DNA of 63,594 bases, filler included, from Conidiobolus incongruus B7586 (lineage: Eukaryota): assembly GCA_000697335.1 (NCBI GenBank). It is 14 parts of 14 records of this genome, joined end to end, with 100 filler letters (N's around TTAATTAATTAA, not from the genome) between each part and the next. Parts side by side here need not be neighbours in the genome. Positions count along the whole stretch, not along the records: positions 6,287 to 18,612 come from JNEM01007256.1; positions 18,713 to 26,910 come from JNEM01007258.1; 12 more parts are not named here. One strand, 5' to 3'. The stretch's first letter is position 1; every line of letters starts with the position of its first letter. The notes beneath the pieces were generated by a model. That model was not told where the DNA came from, searched no databases, and worked only from the letters and a program-made list of their open reading frames with translations. Positions 11,001-24,504 of this stretch are shown here, piece by piece. The translations under genes were made by a program, and so were the position numbers.

Positions 11001-13821
11001 TTTATTAGCTTAATTGATATCAGGAACAATAATGCTTAATATTAATTTTGCAGAATAAAATAATTTGCATTAATTACAAATATAATAAGACATTAATCGA
11101 AGCTAAATGTACAAATACGATATATTTCGAATCTCATCCATATATATTAGAGAATTATTAAAAAACCAAGAATAATGATAAAAATTTTACAACAACAATA
11201 TTATTTGAGTTGAATTGAATTTTAGATATTCAGTTCTTAAAAAATTTTGAATTATATTCTTTACAGATTCATAATAATTTTTTGAAATTCACTTCTAAAT
11301 ACCTAATATGCAAAGTGAATATTTTATTATAGGGTAAACTGTATTATGTTTCAAGCAAAATTTTAAAATATATTATTTAAATATTTGAATTTTTCAATAA
11401 TATCCTCAAAATATATATTAGAGTCTAATTGATCATTGTTGTATTTAAAGCTACCTTGGAATTATATATTTGCAGGATAATAAACTAATTAATATGGTAT
11501 ATTTTATTAATACAAATTTTAAATATTTTTTGTAATAATAATTGAAATATATTTTAAATATAAATATGTAAATATATTGCTTATTTTTTATGCAATTCAA
11601 AAATTAATTGAGCTTGATTTTAAAATTTTTTAAAATTACTATAATTGTTTTGGTATATTTTAGATCAGATCATTGAACTACAATATAATAATATTATTGA
11701 ACAGATGTTGATAGATAAGATATAAAGTTAAAACCCATTAGGAAATTACCGGCCTATTGGATATATATTTTATAGATTTTCGTCATATATTTGGATATAT
11801 TCCGATTTTCAAGTAAATTAACTATTACTCAAGCAATTATACCCGAATTTCTGAATTTTATAATCATGTATTTTTAATGCCACATTATGTTATAGCATCG
11901 CGATTCATGTTCATGACATCATATATTACTATTATAATTGCATTGCCAAAAAATGCTTAAGAATTTTTTATTAATAGATTAAGTTGAATTTGCAAAATGC
12001 TGTTGAATACTGATTTCAAAAGTAGACTACGTAAAAAACTATGTAAAATAAAATTTGCTAACAAATTGGATTTAATAAGATATTATGAAAATTATTAAAT
12101 TTTTATAATCGCAGTTCATATGTAGAATAATAATATTATATATTATTAAAAAACTTTGTATAAGATTAAATCAGTGATTATTAATCTGTGTAAAAATAGT
12201 ATTAAACAATTTAAAAAATTTTTATCCTATATTAAATTAGAATGATTTATTAATAAAAATCAATTATATTAACATAAGTCATTTGATGGTGTTCTATATG
12301 AATAATAAAACATCAATTTAAATTTATATTATATAAAAAATACAATTATAAATAGGAGATTTTTATCCTTTTTTGACCAATGAAATTTAATCATATCATA
12401 TACATATATGGAATTCCACATTGCTAACTTGTAATTCTCCATATTAACAAAATTAATAGTCAAATTGCAGGTTCGCTCGGTTTCCTTATTAGGTAAAAAT
12501 TTCGTTAATTGAGGATATAAAACTGGATAGTTATTTGTAAGTGTTGATTTGGATATCGATTGTTATATCAAGTACATATAATATCACTTGTTTGTCCAAT
12601 AAATTAATTCATGTGATTTAAGAAAAGTATTAAAAACAACTTTATAGTTCCATCTATCAAATACTCTCGGTGCTAACTACTTGCGTTATATTACGGTCTT
12701 CAAAATTAAATATTATTATTATTATGATTATTGAGAAGAATATTTTTTTTATTATAGTATATATCAGTTGGGAATAACAATTTGGTCTGTATCTTTTTCT
12801 TTGTATAGATTTTTAACATTTAAATGTAATTGAATCTGATTTGATATAATGAAACATCTCATTTCAAATGAATTTCATATGAATCTATGTGTCAAAAAGA
12901 GATTTTAGTATTATTAAACCCTTAATTTATTTGATTATTACTATTAATTTCAAAATCAATATATTTAGTACTTAATTAAATTGTCTTATATTCAATATGA
13001 GAGGATAGCATCAAGAGTATTTGTACAGCTATATGATATTCAATGAAATATTATATTATAATCATTTGTTGATGAATCTTCATAGTCATTAATTTATTTG
13101 AGAGAATAGAATATTTGAAATATATATTAAATAAAGATATCTACAAAAAATAATTATTTTCAATTATATTAAAGTTGTGTGGAATCATTATTTCCAAATC
13201 AAATATCAAATTCAAGCAGAATTAATAAAGTTGTGGCAATCATCGAGTCATTTAAATATTTTGAATCTAATATCATTGTAAAAGTTATAGAATTTTAAAT
13301 CTAGTTATATTTTATTATCTGGAGATTTTTATAAATTGTTGTTGATATATTGGATTTTAAATTTCACTTGTCAGGGATATATGATAATTGTTTTGGAAAT
13401 AATGATTCGACTGGCATGATACATACTTTCATTTCAATTTTCAGGACTAATATTGAAAATAATCAATAATGGTTCATATTATATTATTTTTTTAATCTAT
13501 AATGGTCAAAAAACTTGGCACTCGGAAAATATCTAATATATCTGAGTCGCTCAAAATTCCCAAAATATTATATTATTTCAAAAACACTGAACTATGTATT
13601 TAGTTCTCAAAACTCACATTCATAGCCTTATACTAATATAGAAATATTGTAATTCATTCTTTGTATGTCTAACCTGTTGAATCATTTATTATTTTCTGAT
13701 ATGATGTGTGGATGGCGGATAAAGGTATTATGAGAATTTTTAGTATAAAAAGGGGCTTCTGGAATTGTAAGTGATACAGTATATTTATTTGTTTATTTTC
13801 ATAGACTCCAATTGTATTATA

Positions 13822-14547
13822 ATGCCTAAAGCCTCTTCTAAAGTCAAAATAGCCAAACCCAATATGAAATCTGTCACATATGAATCCTCTTCTCCAGAAT
13901 TAGTTGCCCCAAGGCCTTGTGATAGATGCCGTAAGCATAGAATCAGATGTGATAGGAATCCTAATCAATGTCATCATTGTAAGAGGAAGAATATAGATTG
14001 CACCTATTTATACACACCAAAGAAAAGAGGTCCCAAATCCAAAATAGATTTAGCTGTTCAAGAATATATGAATATATCAAGCAGTAATATTTCATTTGAT
14101 AATAGTATTCAGAAACCTTTGGCTGCTAATTCAAATTATCCAATTAAGCAAGAAAGTAATTCTTGTAACATTTCCCCTATTATGAGTGATTCCATGATGA
14201 TAAATGTGAATCCCATTGAGAATCAATGGTTATATCAGCCAATTTATAACCCTGATCCTTTCAATACGAGATATATTTCTTCCTCAGATATTACTTCCAT
14301 TTACATTAACGAGTTTCTTCCATCTATGACGTATCCTGAAGATATCTATAAACTTCCATGCTCGAACTGGAATCAGCATGTGTTTGATATGAGTTATGTA
14401 TCCTCGGATCTTAATTCACAAAGTACATTCTTTTCTAACTCGAATTATGGCTCGTTATCAACCGATTTTTTGAGTGTATCAAATATCAACTCTACTCATA
14501 ATTCAGATTACTCTTTACCTTCTGATATGAGTCCGTTATTATTTTAA
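13822..14547 (+). CDS. Zn(II)2Cys6 fungal transcription factor (241 aa from the first ATG)
   Basis: CDRCRKHRIRCDRNPNQCHHCKRKNIDC followed by TYLYTPKKRGPK. TATA-like tataaaaa at ~13745. S/N-rich C-terminus. Confidence 0.92.
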   Translation: MPKASSKVKIAKPNMKSVTYESSSPELVAPRPCDRCRKHRIRCDRNPNQCHHCKRKNIDCTYLYTPKKRGPKSKIDLAVQEYMNISSSNISFDNSIQKPLAANSNYPIKQESNSCNISPIMSDSMMINVNPIENQWLYQPIYNPDPFNTRYISSSDITSIYINEFLPSMTYPEDIYKLPCSNWNQHVFDMSYVSSDLNSQSTFFSNSNYGSLSTDFLSVSNINSTHNSDYSLPSDMSPLLF

Positions 14548-17429
14548 AATTTTAATAAATTGTATTCTGTTTTGAATGTTATACCTAGTTATTTGTCCAA
14601 ATCTCTAAATTAATGTACATCTTATATAAACCATATATTTTAAATTGATCTAAATAAATTAGTGATTCTCTTGAAATATCATTTTTGCTAAACTTATAAT
14701 CAAGTTCATAAAAATTATATATCTTTTCCTTTTGTGTTTAATTTTTGCTTCAATATATAGATTAAGAGATTATATTTAATTGAAATATTTCAAATAAATT
14801 ATTAACGAATTTTTAATAGCCAAATATTTATTTTTTAGCTTAAATGAAATAGTGCTATAGTCAGTATATTTCAGATACACAGAAAGTTAAATACTTATTA
14901 ATTTTTATAGGGTTATAAAAATGTTTTATAAAATGTATGATATATAGTATCTTTTTATTCAAACGAGACCGTGTAATTTTTTAATATTTAATTTATATTT
15001 GCCAAATGAACTTGTGATAGACTATGCTATTGGAGCATATATTAAAGTATATGTACGTATAAAATAATATTTTATGAATTCTCAAATACCTATCACTAAA
15101 TATAATTTTGATAAATATACCCTCACTCACAGGCTCTATATTATATAAATATTTTATTGAATCCTACAGTTTGCATAGAATGGATACTATCACGTAATAT
15201 TAATATTAATATCACATAATTATTTTATATTTCAATCGGAATTTTAAAATTAATTATTAATATTGTTTCAATAGAATGTAATATAGATTATAGGTTTGAA
15301 AATAAGTTAGCATTACAATATTTAAAATATTTCTTTGAAATCAATATAAAGTAAATATAAGTTAATTTCTCTAGAAATTACTATTATCAAGGCTTTTCAA
15401 TTGATAATAATAAAATTTTGAATAATTGATTTTCAATGATTGTGTTCATTCATCATAGAACTTAATTGTGAATTTATTAATATATTTTTCATATATAATT
15501 ATATGGATATAATAAGTATATATTTAAGTATAATAGGTATTAAACTCTATTGTTTTTTTCATTAGCAATAAAAATTATATTAAAATAGGGATAACTAATT
15601 TTATTGTTGTTCTGCAACAGTGTTGATTTAGGATATAATTTTTCATAAATTGAATATTCGTACAGAGATATATTATGATTATATTGAGTGGTCAAGTGAT
15701 TATATAATAATTAGTTACCATATTTAAATAATCTATAAATAATAAAAGATTTACCGGTTTAGTTGAATTCTATTTCTAGTAATTATTCTTCCAGGAAAAC
15801 AGCGATATTTCAGCATATATCAATTTTCAATAATATATTACTAGAATTTTATTAAATTGCAATAAATCGGATTTTTACCAGATGGATTATTCATTAGATC
15901 TTTAATTATAACTTCATCCTGTATAAAATATATCCCAATTATAACTATATTAAAAATAGAGCAGCTATGTATAAATTTTTATAATGATTAAGCCACTAAA
16001 TCAATATAAATCACTTTGTAATATTTTTTATAAAATTAATAGAGCCATGTAATGGATTATTATTCATTGATAATATACTAGTAATTTACAATGTTATGAA
16101 TATTAACACGATTATAAATGTTTTTACCTATATAAATATACAAATTGATGAGTTATATATTCTTGCACTAATTAAAGAAGAAATTAGGAAATTTAAAAAT
16201 TATACTCGAATACGTAATTATTATGAAATTCCTACTTAGTTCCAATTTTTGAAAAATAATTGTGTCGAAAATTATTAAGAAATATGTAACGGTAGGATTT
16301 TACAAAAAAATTACTGGCTCAAAAGATTACATTGCAAGATGGTTCAATAGGTAAGCTTGTTATTTCTATATCCATAAATACTATCCAAATACGTTTATTT
16401 AAAATTATTGATATGTTTTGATATATCAACTAATTATAATATAAATTTGACTTAAAAATTCACTATATATTATATATTAGTATATATTTTTTAATTATGT
16501 CCTAAAACTCTTCTATTAAATCTTTTGAATAATATAATCTTTTCCCAAGATTAAATATAAATAGTTATTATACCGGTATACATTTAATTAAACAACCCAA
16601 TTTTCTTTTTGCTTCGATATTTGAATATTTTCACAACATATATACTATTTATGAATTCTATTAATTAATAATCGGAGGTTAACTAGTGATGGATTTTTAA
16701 AATTTACTATATTACCTTCAACCTTCAAATCGAAATCAAATATTGCTTACATACTTATCCATAATTATAGTTTAAGCCTATTTTTGAAAATATATCAATA
16801 TATTATCAAAAAAAAATAAGAAATAATTTTGATTTTATATCAAATTGTAAAAATTCATTGATTTTGAAATCATTTTAAAAATATTTGAGCATATCAAAAT
16901 TTTTATTTTTTAATTTGTTCGGAAATAATTAATGGGTCTTAAATTTTTTGCATAAAATTAATAAGTTAGAATATTAAGGGTATAACATTCTCAAAGCTGT
17001 ATAAAATTTTTTGATAATACTTTCGTATTAGTTCTTCATTTTAATATCAAATATTTATTGATCCAAGTAAAAATATTAATATCTTAGCTCACTGCTATTA
17101 ATTTATAATACATTGTATAATATATATCTATAAATTAAGAAAGAAAAAATGGTAGTTTTATAATTTAAGGTTATTAAAACATATTGGTAATTTTGAAAAA
17201 TTTACTATATACAAAATATATAGAATTATCAATTTATTCATGCTGTATATGTCCATTAATTAATAATAATTTGATAATTAAAATTTTTTGATTAATAATA
17301 TATTATGGGATTTAACTTTATTTCAAATAAATAATAATTATTATTATGGATTTTAATAAGAATTTTTTAAGAATATATAGATATTTTTATAAATAAATTA
17401 CAAAAATAAATATACCATATAAAATCAAT

Positions 17430-18400
17430 ACTCTGGATTATCATTAATTACTCTTTATTATACTTTTAATAAAGGTTTGATATTGAACAAATTGATCTTT
17501 TTATTTAAAATTTAAATTTAATATTTATAAATTAAATATGTTATGAAAGTTTTTTTTTATAAGCTGATGTTTTAATTGCTTAAGGTAATTATAATCATAT
17601 AGGTTATAGTCTAGTGAATATACTAGATATGATAGTTTTTTCTAACTATTCTTAATTATAAAATATTTGATAACTTTTATTTTTTATATTTTATAATTAT
17701 TATTCATTATAATATATATCCTAAAATTATATTAAAAACCTAAAATTTAATATAATTTTATTTAAAAAAAATAAAATTAATTATTAATTATATTCTTTTT
17801 AAAAGGATAAAAAGAAAATACTTTATTATAATTCATATTAATAGTTAATATTTACTTATAAATAAAATATTTATTTATTAAAATTTCTTAAAATGATTGT
17901 TTCAACTTAATAAAGTATTTTTATTTGCTCTTATAAAGAATTATATAAAAAAATTTTTAATTTATTTATTATAATCACTTATTATTAAATTTTTGATATT
18001 AAATAGTCTTAATAAGTTCTATTAAATTATAGGTATTTAAATTTCTATTTAGAATTTAACTTAATTTAAAATCATTAATATTATATTTTATTGATTAATC
18101 CATTTTCTAATATAAATATATATAATATATTTAAATTGTTAGTATTAATATATTTTGACAACATTTTAGTTAAAATAAAAGGATATTTTTTAATATATTT
18201 TTTTACTTTATTAATAATTCCATTATATTAGTCAAAATTATTATTTTGGATTTTAATTTGTTTTTTATTATTTTTTCTATTTTAAAATAATTTACCTAAT
18301 AATATATAGTTAAATTTAAAAAGGTTTTATTATTAAAAATGATTATAAAATTTTGATAAATTTCAAAATGATCTATTTGATTATTAAATTAATATAAACA
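17430..18400 (-). mobile_element. Heavily degenerate mariner (DD34D family) relic
   Basis: 17560-17700 aligns with 54755-54900 (aattataatcatataggttata...tatactagat). 18280-18360 aligns with 55495-55570. Ends approximate. Confidence 0.75.
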
Positions 18401-19669
18401 TTTATATTAATTATTATTAATTAATATAAATATAATTAAATTAAACCATAAAGTTTTAAAGATTAGGTTTTTGGTAAAAAAAAATATAATATATATTAGT
18501 TTTCAAAATTTCTTTATAAAATTAAATTTATTAATTATTTTATTAATAACTTCAATAATTTATAATTAAATTAACTTAAATTAATTATTTTGAATAAGCT
18601 ATTTTATATATTNNNNNNNNNNNNNNNNNNNNNNNNNNNNNNNNNNNNNNNNNNNNTTAATTAATTAANNNNNNNNNNNNNNNNNNNNNNNNNNNNNNNN
18701 NNNNNNNNNNNNTTTTTAAAATAAAGTTTATTTTTTTTATAAACTAATAATCAATATAAATTATAATAATAATAATAAATATTTTATTTAAAATAAGAAT
18801 TTTAAAAGAATAAAATATATATAATTAGGTAATATAAAATTAGTAATCAAATTATAATAGGTTTAAAGGAATTTTCTAATAAGAAATAATGTCTTTTAAT
18901 CAATTAATTATTAATATTTTAATATAGATAGTTAAATTAATTTGTTCTTAAGAAAAAAAATAAATATGAATTAAATTACTCAATAATTAATAATAAAAAT
19001 TAAATGGATTAGTAAGGAAAATATAATGCAACAATTATATAAAGTAAATTAAATACTAAAATATAAATGAATTAAAAATAATCTAATATTATAAATAATC
19101 AATAAATCTATTTAACTTTTTAAGATATTGAAATATCAGAAATATGTCAGTTATAAGTTTGAAATATATTTCCAAATTTTTATATTAAGGTTTGATAAAA
19201 ATATATTTATAATTATGAATATGAAAATATAATATTTTTTATAAATATAGATTCAATATTATTAGTTGGTATTTAATCAACAAAAAAATTAAAAATTCTC
19301 AAAATTTAAAAAAAATATGACTATATTAAATAAAATAAAATAAAATAATCAAAAATGCTGAGTTTACTTTTATCAGGAATATCTGATATTTTCAAATATT
19401 ACTCTAAAGAATATTTAAGGATAATTTCTGATTATCGTTTAATAGAAATAAAACTGTTATAATTAATTATTATTGTTACAGCTTTGTCAAATAAATGTAT
19501 GTTGGGCAAAGTATGTTGTAGTGCACAATATATATATCAAATTAATTGTGAAACAATAAACTTCTAAAGTTTAAAGTGATGCCTGATATTATGTTTGATG
19601 AATACTAAATATTAGTTATTGAAACAATATACATATGATATCTTAATATTTCAATTCAAGATTAAAATG

Positions 19670-20030
19670 ATGGAAAATAATCTTGTCAATCACTCAAGAA
19701 ATTGCAATTACCTCAATGAATCAAGAAGTCACATTGGAGAACGCCCATTTCCTGAACTCTAATACAAGATTCTCACGAACAAACTAATAAACACATTTGT
19801 TTTATCTTCATTCCAAAAGTGTTCAGTCTCTAAGTTTTTCTCGTAACCCTCACATGAGCGTTGAGTCGTGACGAGCGTGAGATATTTACTATACACGAAG
19901 TACCCAATTTACAGTAAGCCATTTTTACCTAATTGGGTGAATCCCATTAATTTCCCTTGACTCTGTAGTAAGCTATCGTTTATCACTGGCGATTCCTCGT
20001 TTAACCTCTAAAATTCTATTCCCTCACACA
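19670..20030 (+). repeat. Dispersed LTR-like repeat (CpG-retaining copy)
   Basis: About 350 bp homologous to the reverse complement of 40774-41135 (shared tcttgtcaat, cctgaact, actaataaacac, cccaattt..agtaagccattt). Contains AATAAA. May extend left to ~19475. Confidence 0.75.
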
Positions 20031-20708
20031 ATTATAGTCTTCAAAAATTTTAATTCAGTATTATAGATTTTTGAAAGATTTTAATATGGCTTAAATATTG
20101 AAATTAAGTAATAATAAACATTAAAAAAATATAATAATAAATATGTTATGAATAAATGATATATTTTTGCTAATAGTAATGTGAATTAAAATATAATTAA
20201 ATTGAGGATAGATATATTATATTTGAAATTATTTTAAATTGAAATAAAATATTAGATCAATATAAACAGTTAAAATTCAGATTAATCAGATTGATTAAAT
20301 CAATGATTAGAAATGATCATTATAAAATGTGCATTATTATTATTTAAAAGTCAACAAAGAGTAATTTCAGATAAATAAATTAATTAATAGCAATTAAGAT
20401 AAGTTCATAAAAAAATAAAACTATTAAAAAACTAAATTTTAAAGATATATTACAAATTCGAATGTTATGGTTAAAGTAAATGAGTAAACCTAATTAAACT
20501 ATATTATTGGCAAAATGAAAAATGATGAATCAAAAAAATAAATAAATCAACATTCCGATTATAAAGCATTAAAAATATGATAATAATAAAATCATCAGAT
20601 CTAAAATATAACTTTGAGAAATACTATGGATTTCAATATAGATTAACGTGACAGAGAAATCCATTAATTTATGACCATAATTTATTAATGATAAGCGGTA
20701 AATAGAAA

Positions 20709-21706
20709 TTAAACAATCTTCTCAAGTTCTTTAGCATAGCCCAAGGTCTGTGTAATAATTTTGGTGGTAGGGATTTCAGCTTTGGTAGACTTGGAGCCAG
20801 AAAATGAAATGACTTGATCTTGAGGGGAGATTTGCCATCTTCTCTGTTATTGTTCAAGTAAATTTCAATATAAATTACAAGTGATCAAAGTAAATAAAAT
20901 TACCTCTTTGCAAAAATTCATGAGTTCAGATTTATCATTTAAAAAGAGCATGGCACCTACATCCACTAAAGGAAGGCTTTCATAAGCTTTTTCACAGCAG
21001 CTAGCAATTTCATTTCTAAAATGTTATAACGTTTAGTGCCTAAATAATATACAAAATATATAATCAAAACCTTATGGTAATGGCTAAAATATCCATAAAG
21101 AAAGAAAATTCAGGAGAAGGAGGTTGGCCTCTGTAGTCAAGAACCTTAGTATAACTTCCTTCCATTAAGGACTGCTCAATTTCAACAGGATATTTGATAA
21201 AAATATTTTTTTCAAATTCTTGAGGATCTACTTTTTCAAGAGCCATATGGAAATCTGAGATACGATTTTGAGCAATCAAGCGCATGAGATTTAATCCAGT
21301 CAATGTGTCTTTATACGTTGAAGGTGGCAAATCTTGGCTAAAATATGTTAGATATAGAAAAGCAAAAAATGAATTGGATAAATACTTGTGGTCATTATAA
21401 AACACTTCTAATTGAGTGATATATCGTTCAAAAGAATGAGCATCTTGAGAACGAACACTAAGTAAAGCACCAAGTTCTAAAATATTTCCTATATAAAATT
21501 AATACCTTGAAATATAGAAATGAATATAAATGCTTACTGGCAATCAATAAAGAGTTTTTATCAGTTGAATTTAAAGAAGATAAATATCCAAGCTTTATAA
21601 GCTCAATTTTGGCTTCTCCTAGCGACTTGTGGCATACATTCAAGTTAGGATTGCCAGATTCAAATTCTTTCTTTAAAGTTAGATATAAAGTTTCAAGCTT
21701 AGACAT
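20709..21706 (-). CDS. RPN12: 26S proteasome regulatory subunit Rpn12/PSMD8; exons 21706-21538, 21488-21386, 21337-21071, 21015-20904, 20843-20709
   Basis: Four GT-AG introns give a continuous frame: ARNILELGALLSV..FERYITQL..FY; GLNLMRLIAQNRISDFHMALE; YPVEIEQSLMEGSY; TIRNEIASCCEKAY; C-terminal YAKELEKIV*. Confidence 0.95.
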
Positions 21707-22064
21707 GGTACTGAATTATATAAAATTATTAAGGAAATTTTGTATTTTGACAAATAAATTTAAGAATATACTATTGTATTTAATATAGCTTCACTGATAA
21801 TGATAATTACGTAATGAATTATTAAAATTAATCCAATAAGTAAATTTAAATTCTGGTTTTTTCTTTATTATTATGGGATTTTTATCTGATTACAGATATA
21901 TTTAATATCATTGACTTGTATTTGTTCAGTAAACAATATTAAAGACTCTTTACTGTGTTATGGCCATATCTATCTTCAAAAATAATACCGACAAATAAAA
22001 TTAATTCGTAATATATTCATTACATAAATTATATTTTAAATATTTAAACTTTATTAATTATTAA

Positions 22065-22458
22065 TGTTATAAAAAATGTTGTTATATTGTAGTTTCTCTG
22101 TGGGTATTATGGATTGTGTAATGTGAGGGGCAATGGCTATTGTTGTTACCTAATAGTAGGTTAGTGTATTTGAGGGTTTATTGACTAAAGTGGTGTTTGG
22201 AATAAGCTATTGGATTTAGTCATTAAGACTGATCCTTATATAGAGAAGTTGTTAGGTATTGATAGTGTTACAATGTGTAAAGGTTACTTGCAATATTACA
22301 TGTGTCGCAAGTAATGGTCAATTAAGGTAAAGGTTTCTTATAGAATAGATACCCGAGGTTAGAAGTGGTGTCAAGGGTGGCACTTTGGGATCTCACAATA
22401 TTTCTTATACCTCAGTTATGTCTTTTCAAGATTATTGACTAGTATTTGATTTTCAACA
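22065..22458 (-). repeat. Possible solo-LTR relic
   Basis: GC-elevated, TG-rich, CpG-poor island bounded by tgtt...aaca with ttaa on both sides. Minus-strand TATA (tatataagg) lies upstream of caataaa. No second copy in this window. Confidence 0.35.
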
Positions 22459-22566
22459 TTAATTCTAATAAAATCCTATTATTAATTAATTATTACTAAC
22501 AAAAGCATTAATTGACAATTTATATTAAAACCAATATCCTTGACTACAAAACATCAAAATATTAGA

Positions 22567-22599
<33 letters not shown>

Positions 22600-24504
22600 T
22601 GAATCATCAGAAGGCCGTTTAAATTTAAAAAAGTGAATACACTTTAATTTTATAGGTTATATGTATTTGAATTTCTTTATCACTTAATTTTATTTATAGT
22701 CAAATTTACCTTACAGTGTATATTTGTATGATATTAAATTACGCTTGTAAATTATACGAGTTAATATATCTTCTATGAATATCAATTCCAAATGATAGAA
22801 AAATATTAAAATAAAATTTGATAATTCAAAATTTATACTATTAGCAGTATTTTATCATATTAATTAATATATATTTTATCTAATTTCGTTAATCTATTCT
22901 TAAACAAATAAGAAATAGTTTTGATATACTAATATTTTAACTAATAAAAAAAATGATAATTAAGATGTTGAAATAATTTCTAATTTGATTGAATATTCAA
23001 AAGATGGATCAAATAAAATTAGCAATCCCATACTAATTAGTTAAAGGTTGAAACTAACAACTTTAAACCTGCAATAATTACCAATCAACTGATTTATATG
23101 AAACCAAGCAATCATAATTAATTTAGCCAATCACTCTGCTCAGTTGGCAAAAAGATGGTGATTCCTTTTTGTTACAGACAAATTCAATTGAAATCACACT
23201 ATCAGTTTTAGGAAACAAATCAAATAATAATAAAATGTATTCTCTTTGTAAATACAAAAGCGTATTGAAATATTGATTCATATATTGTTTCAAAAAATTA
23301 CATCCTATTCAATTTATTATAGTATTAATGATGGCAATATAAGCTTACAATTTAGCTAAATATCATTTGTTACCCTTTTAAGAAATAGTTCAATATTATT
23401 TTTATGTCCTAATCTCAAAAGTTGGATTAAACATACTTAATGGAAAATAAACACCAAATTAAATCATTTGATTGTATTACTTTTTTGTATAACATTACTA
23501 TGTATTGAATTATAAAAAAATGAAAATATCGAATTTCTGGTGTTTTTGTATTATTGTATCATTATTAATAATCAAAAATTGGAATAAACGAGCATTAAAA
23601 AAGAGTATATTCATTTAAATCAATTACACAGGATATAATGTTTTCGACTAAACCGTTATTTTTCAATTGAATATTGAATATAAATATAAATATATTAAGG
23701 ATAAATACTTATGTGCTACAGAGTACAATATTGACATATTTAATATTTACTAATAAAAATCATTAAAAACGCAATAGGTTAATGTTTTAAAATATTGAAT
23801 TATAAAATGGATATTTTAATAACATATAATACTATTTAATTAAATATGATACTAAAAAATGATATTAGAAGCTAATTGATTATTCTGTATGACAATGGAG
23901 TAACATTATTTACAGGAAGATTGTTAATAATTAAGCCAGAAATGACTAATGAGTGGGTTGGTGGGATCGTTATTTCTATTTCCTAAATGGGCTGGTTAAA
24001 AATAGTTATAATTAAATGATGGTTGATTGAGTAATAGAAGCTGCTGGAGAAGATCTATGTATGGGTGGTTTAGAGAACTATTTGGCAATGGTTATCACTC
24101 TAATTATAAACCTGGATTGATTCTGTTGGATCGGAAACAATCAAGACAGTTGAGCTAAATTTGTTGATTGTTTTGGATGTAAATAGTTGTTAGATTGAGT
24201 GAGTTTGGAAATAAATAGGAGGTTTGATTGATTGAAATTGCTGAGAAAATTTCATTAGTGGGATTGGATGCGATTTGTAGGAAATTATTAATTCAATTTG
24301 TAATGATAATTGAGTTTAATTAATTTAGTATTATCATCTCTTTCAGCCATATCGTATTATTGCCAAATCTCTATTATCTCTTTTCTTTTTTTAAAAGTTT
24401 ATTTTCAGTCTCTTATTAATTGTAGTACATCCATATCTGAAACAAATTTCTTGTAATCGTTATTTTTATTTCTACTTCTTTCTTCATATTGCCTGTTTTT
24501 AACA

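Noticed and set aside
21507..21788. 93-aa plus-strand ORF (also 20669..20857 and 24678..24875)
   Set aside because: Antisense or off-frame shadows of RPN12 and MUB1.
22569..22597. (TA)n microsatellites here and at ~37837, ~39983, ~49799 and ~51188
   Set aside because: Ordinary simple repeats; no spacer structure, so not CRISPR-like.
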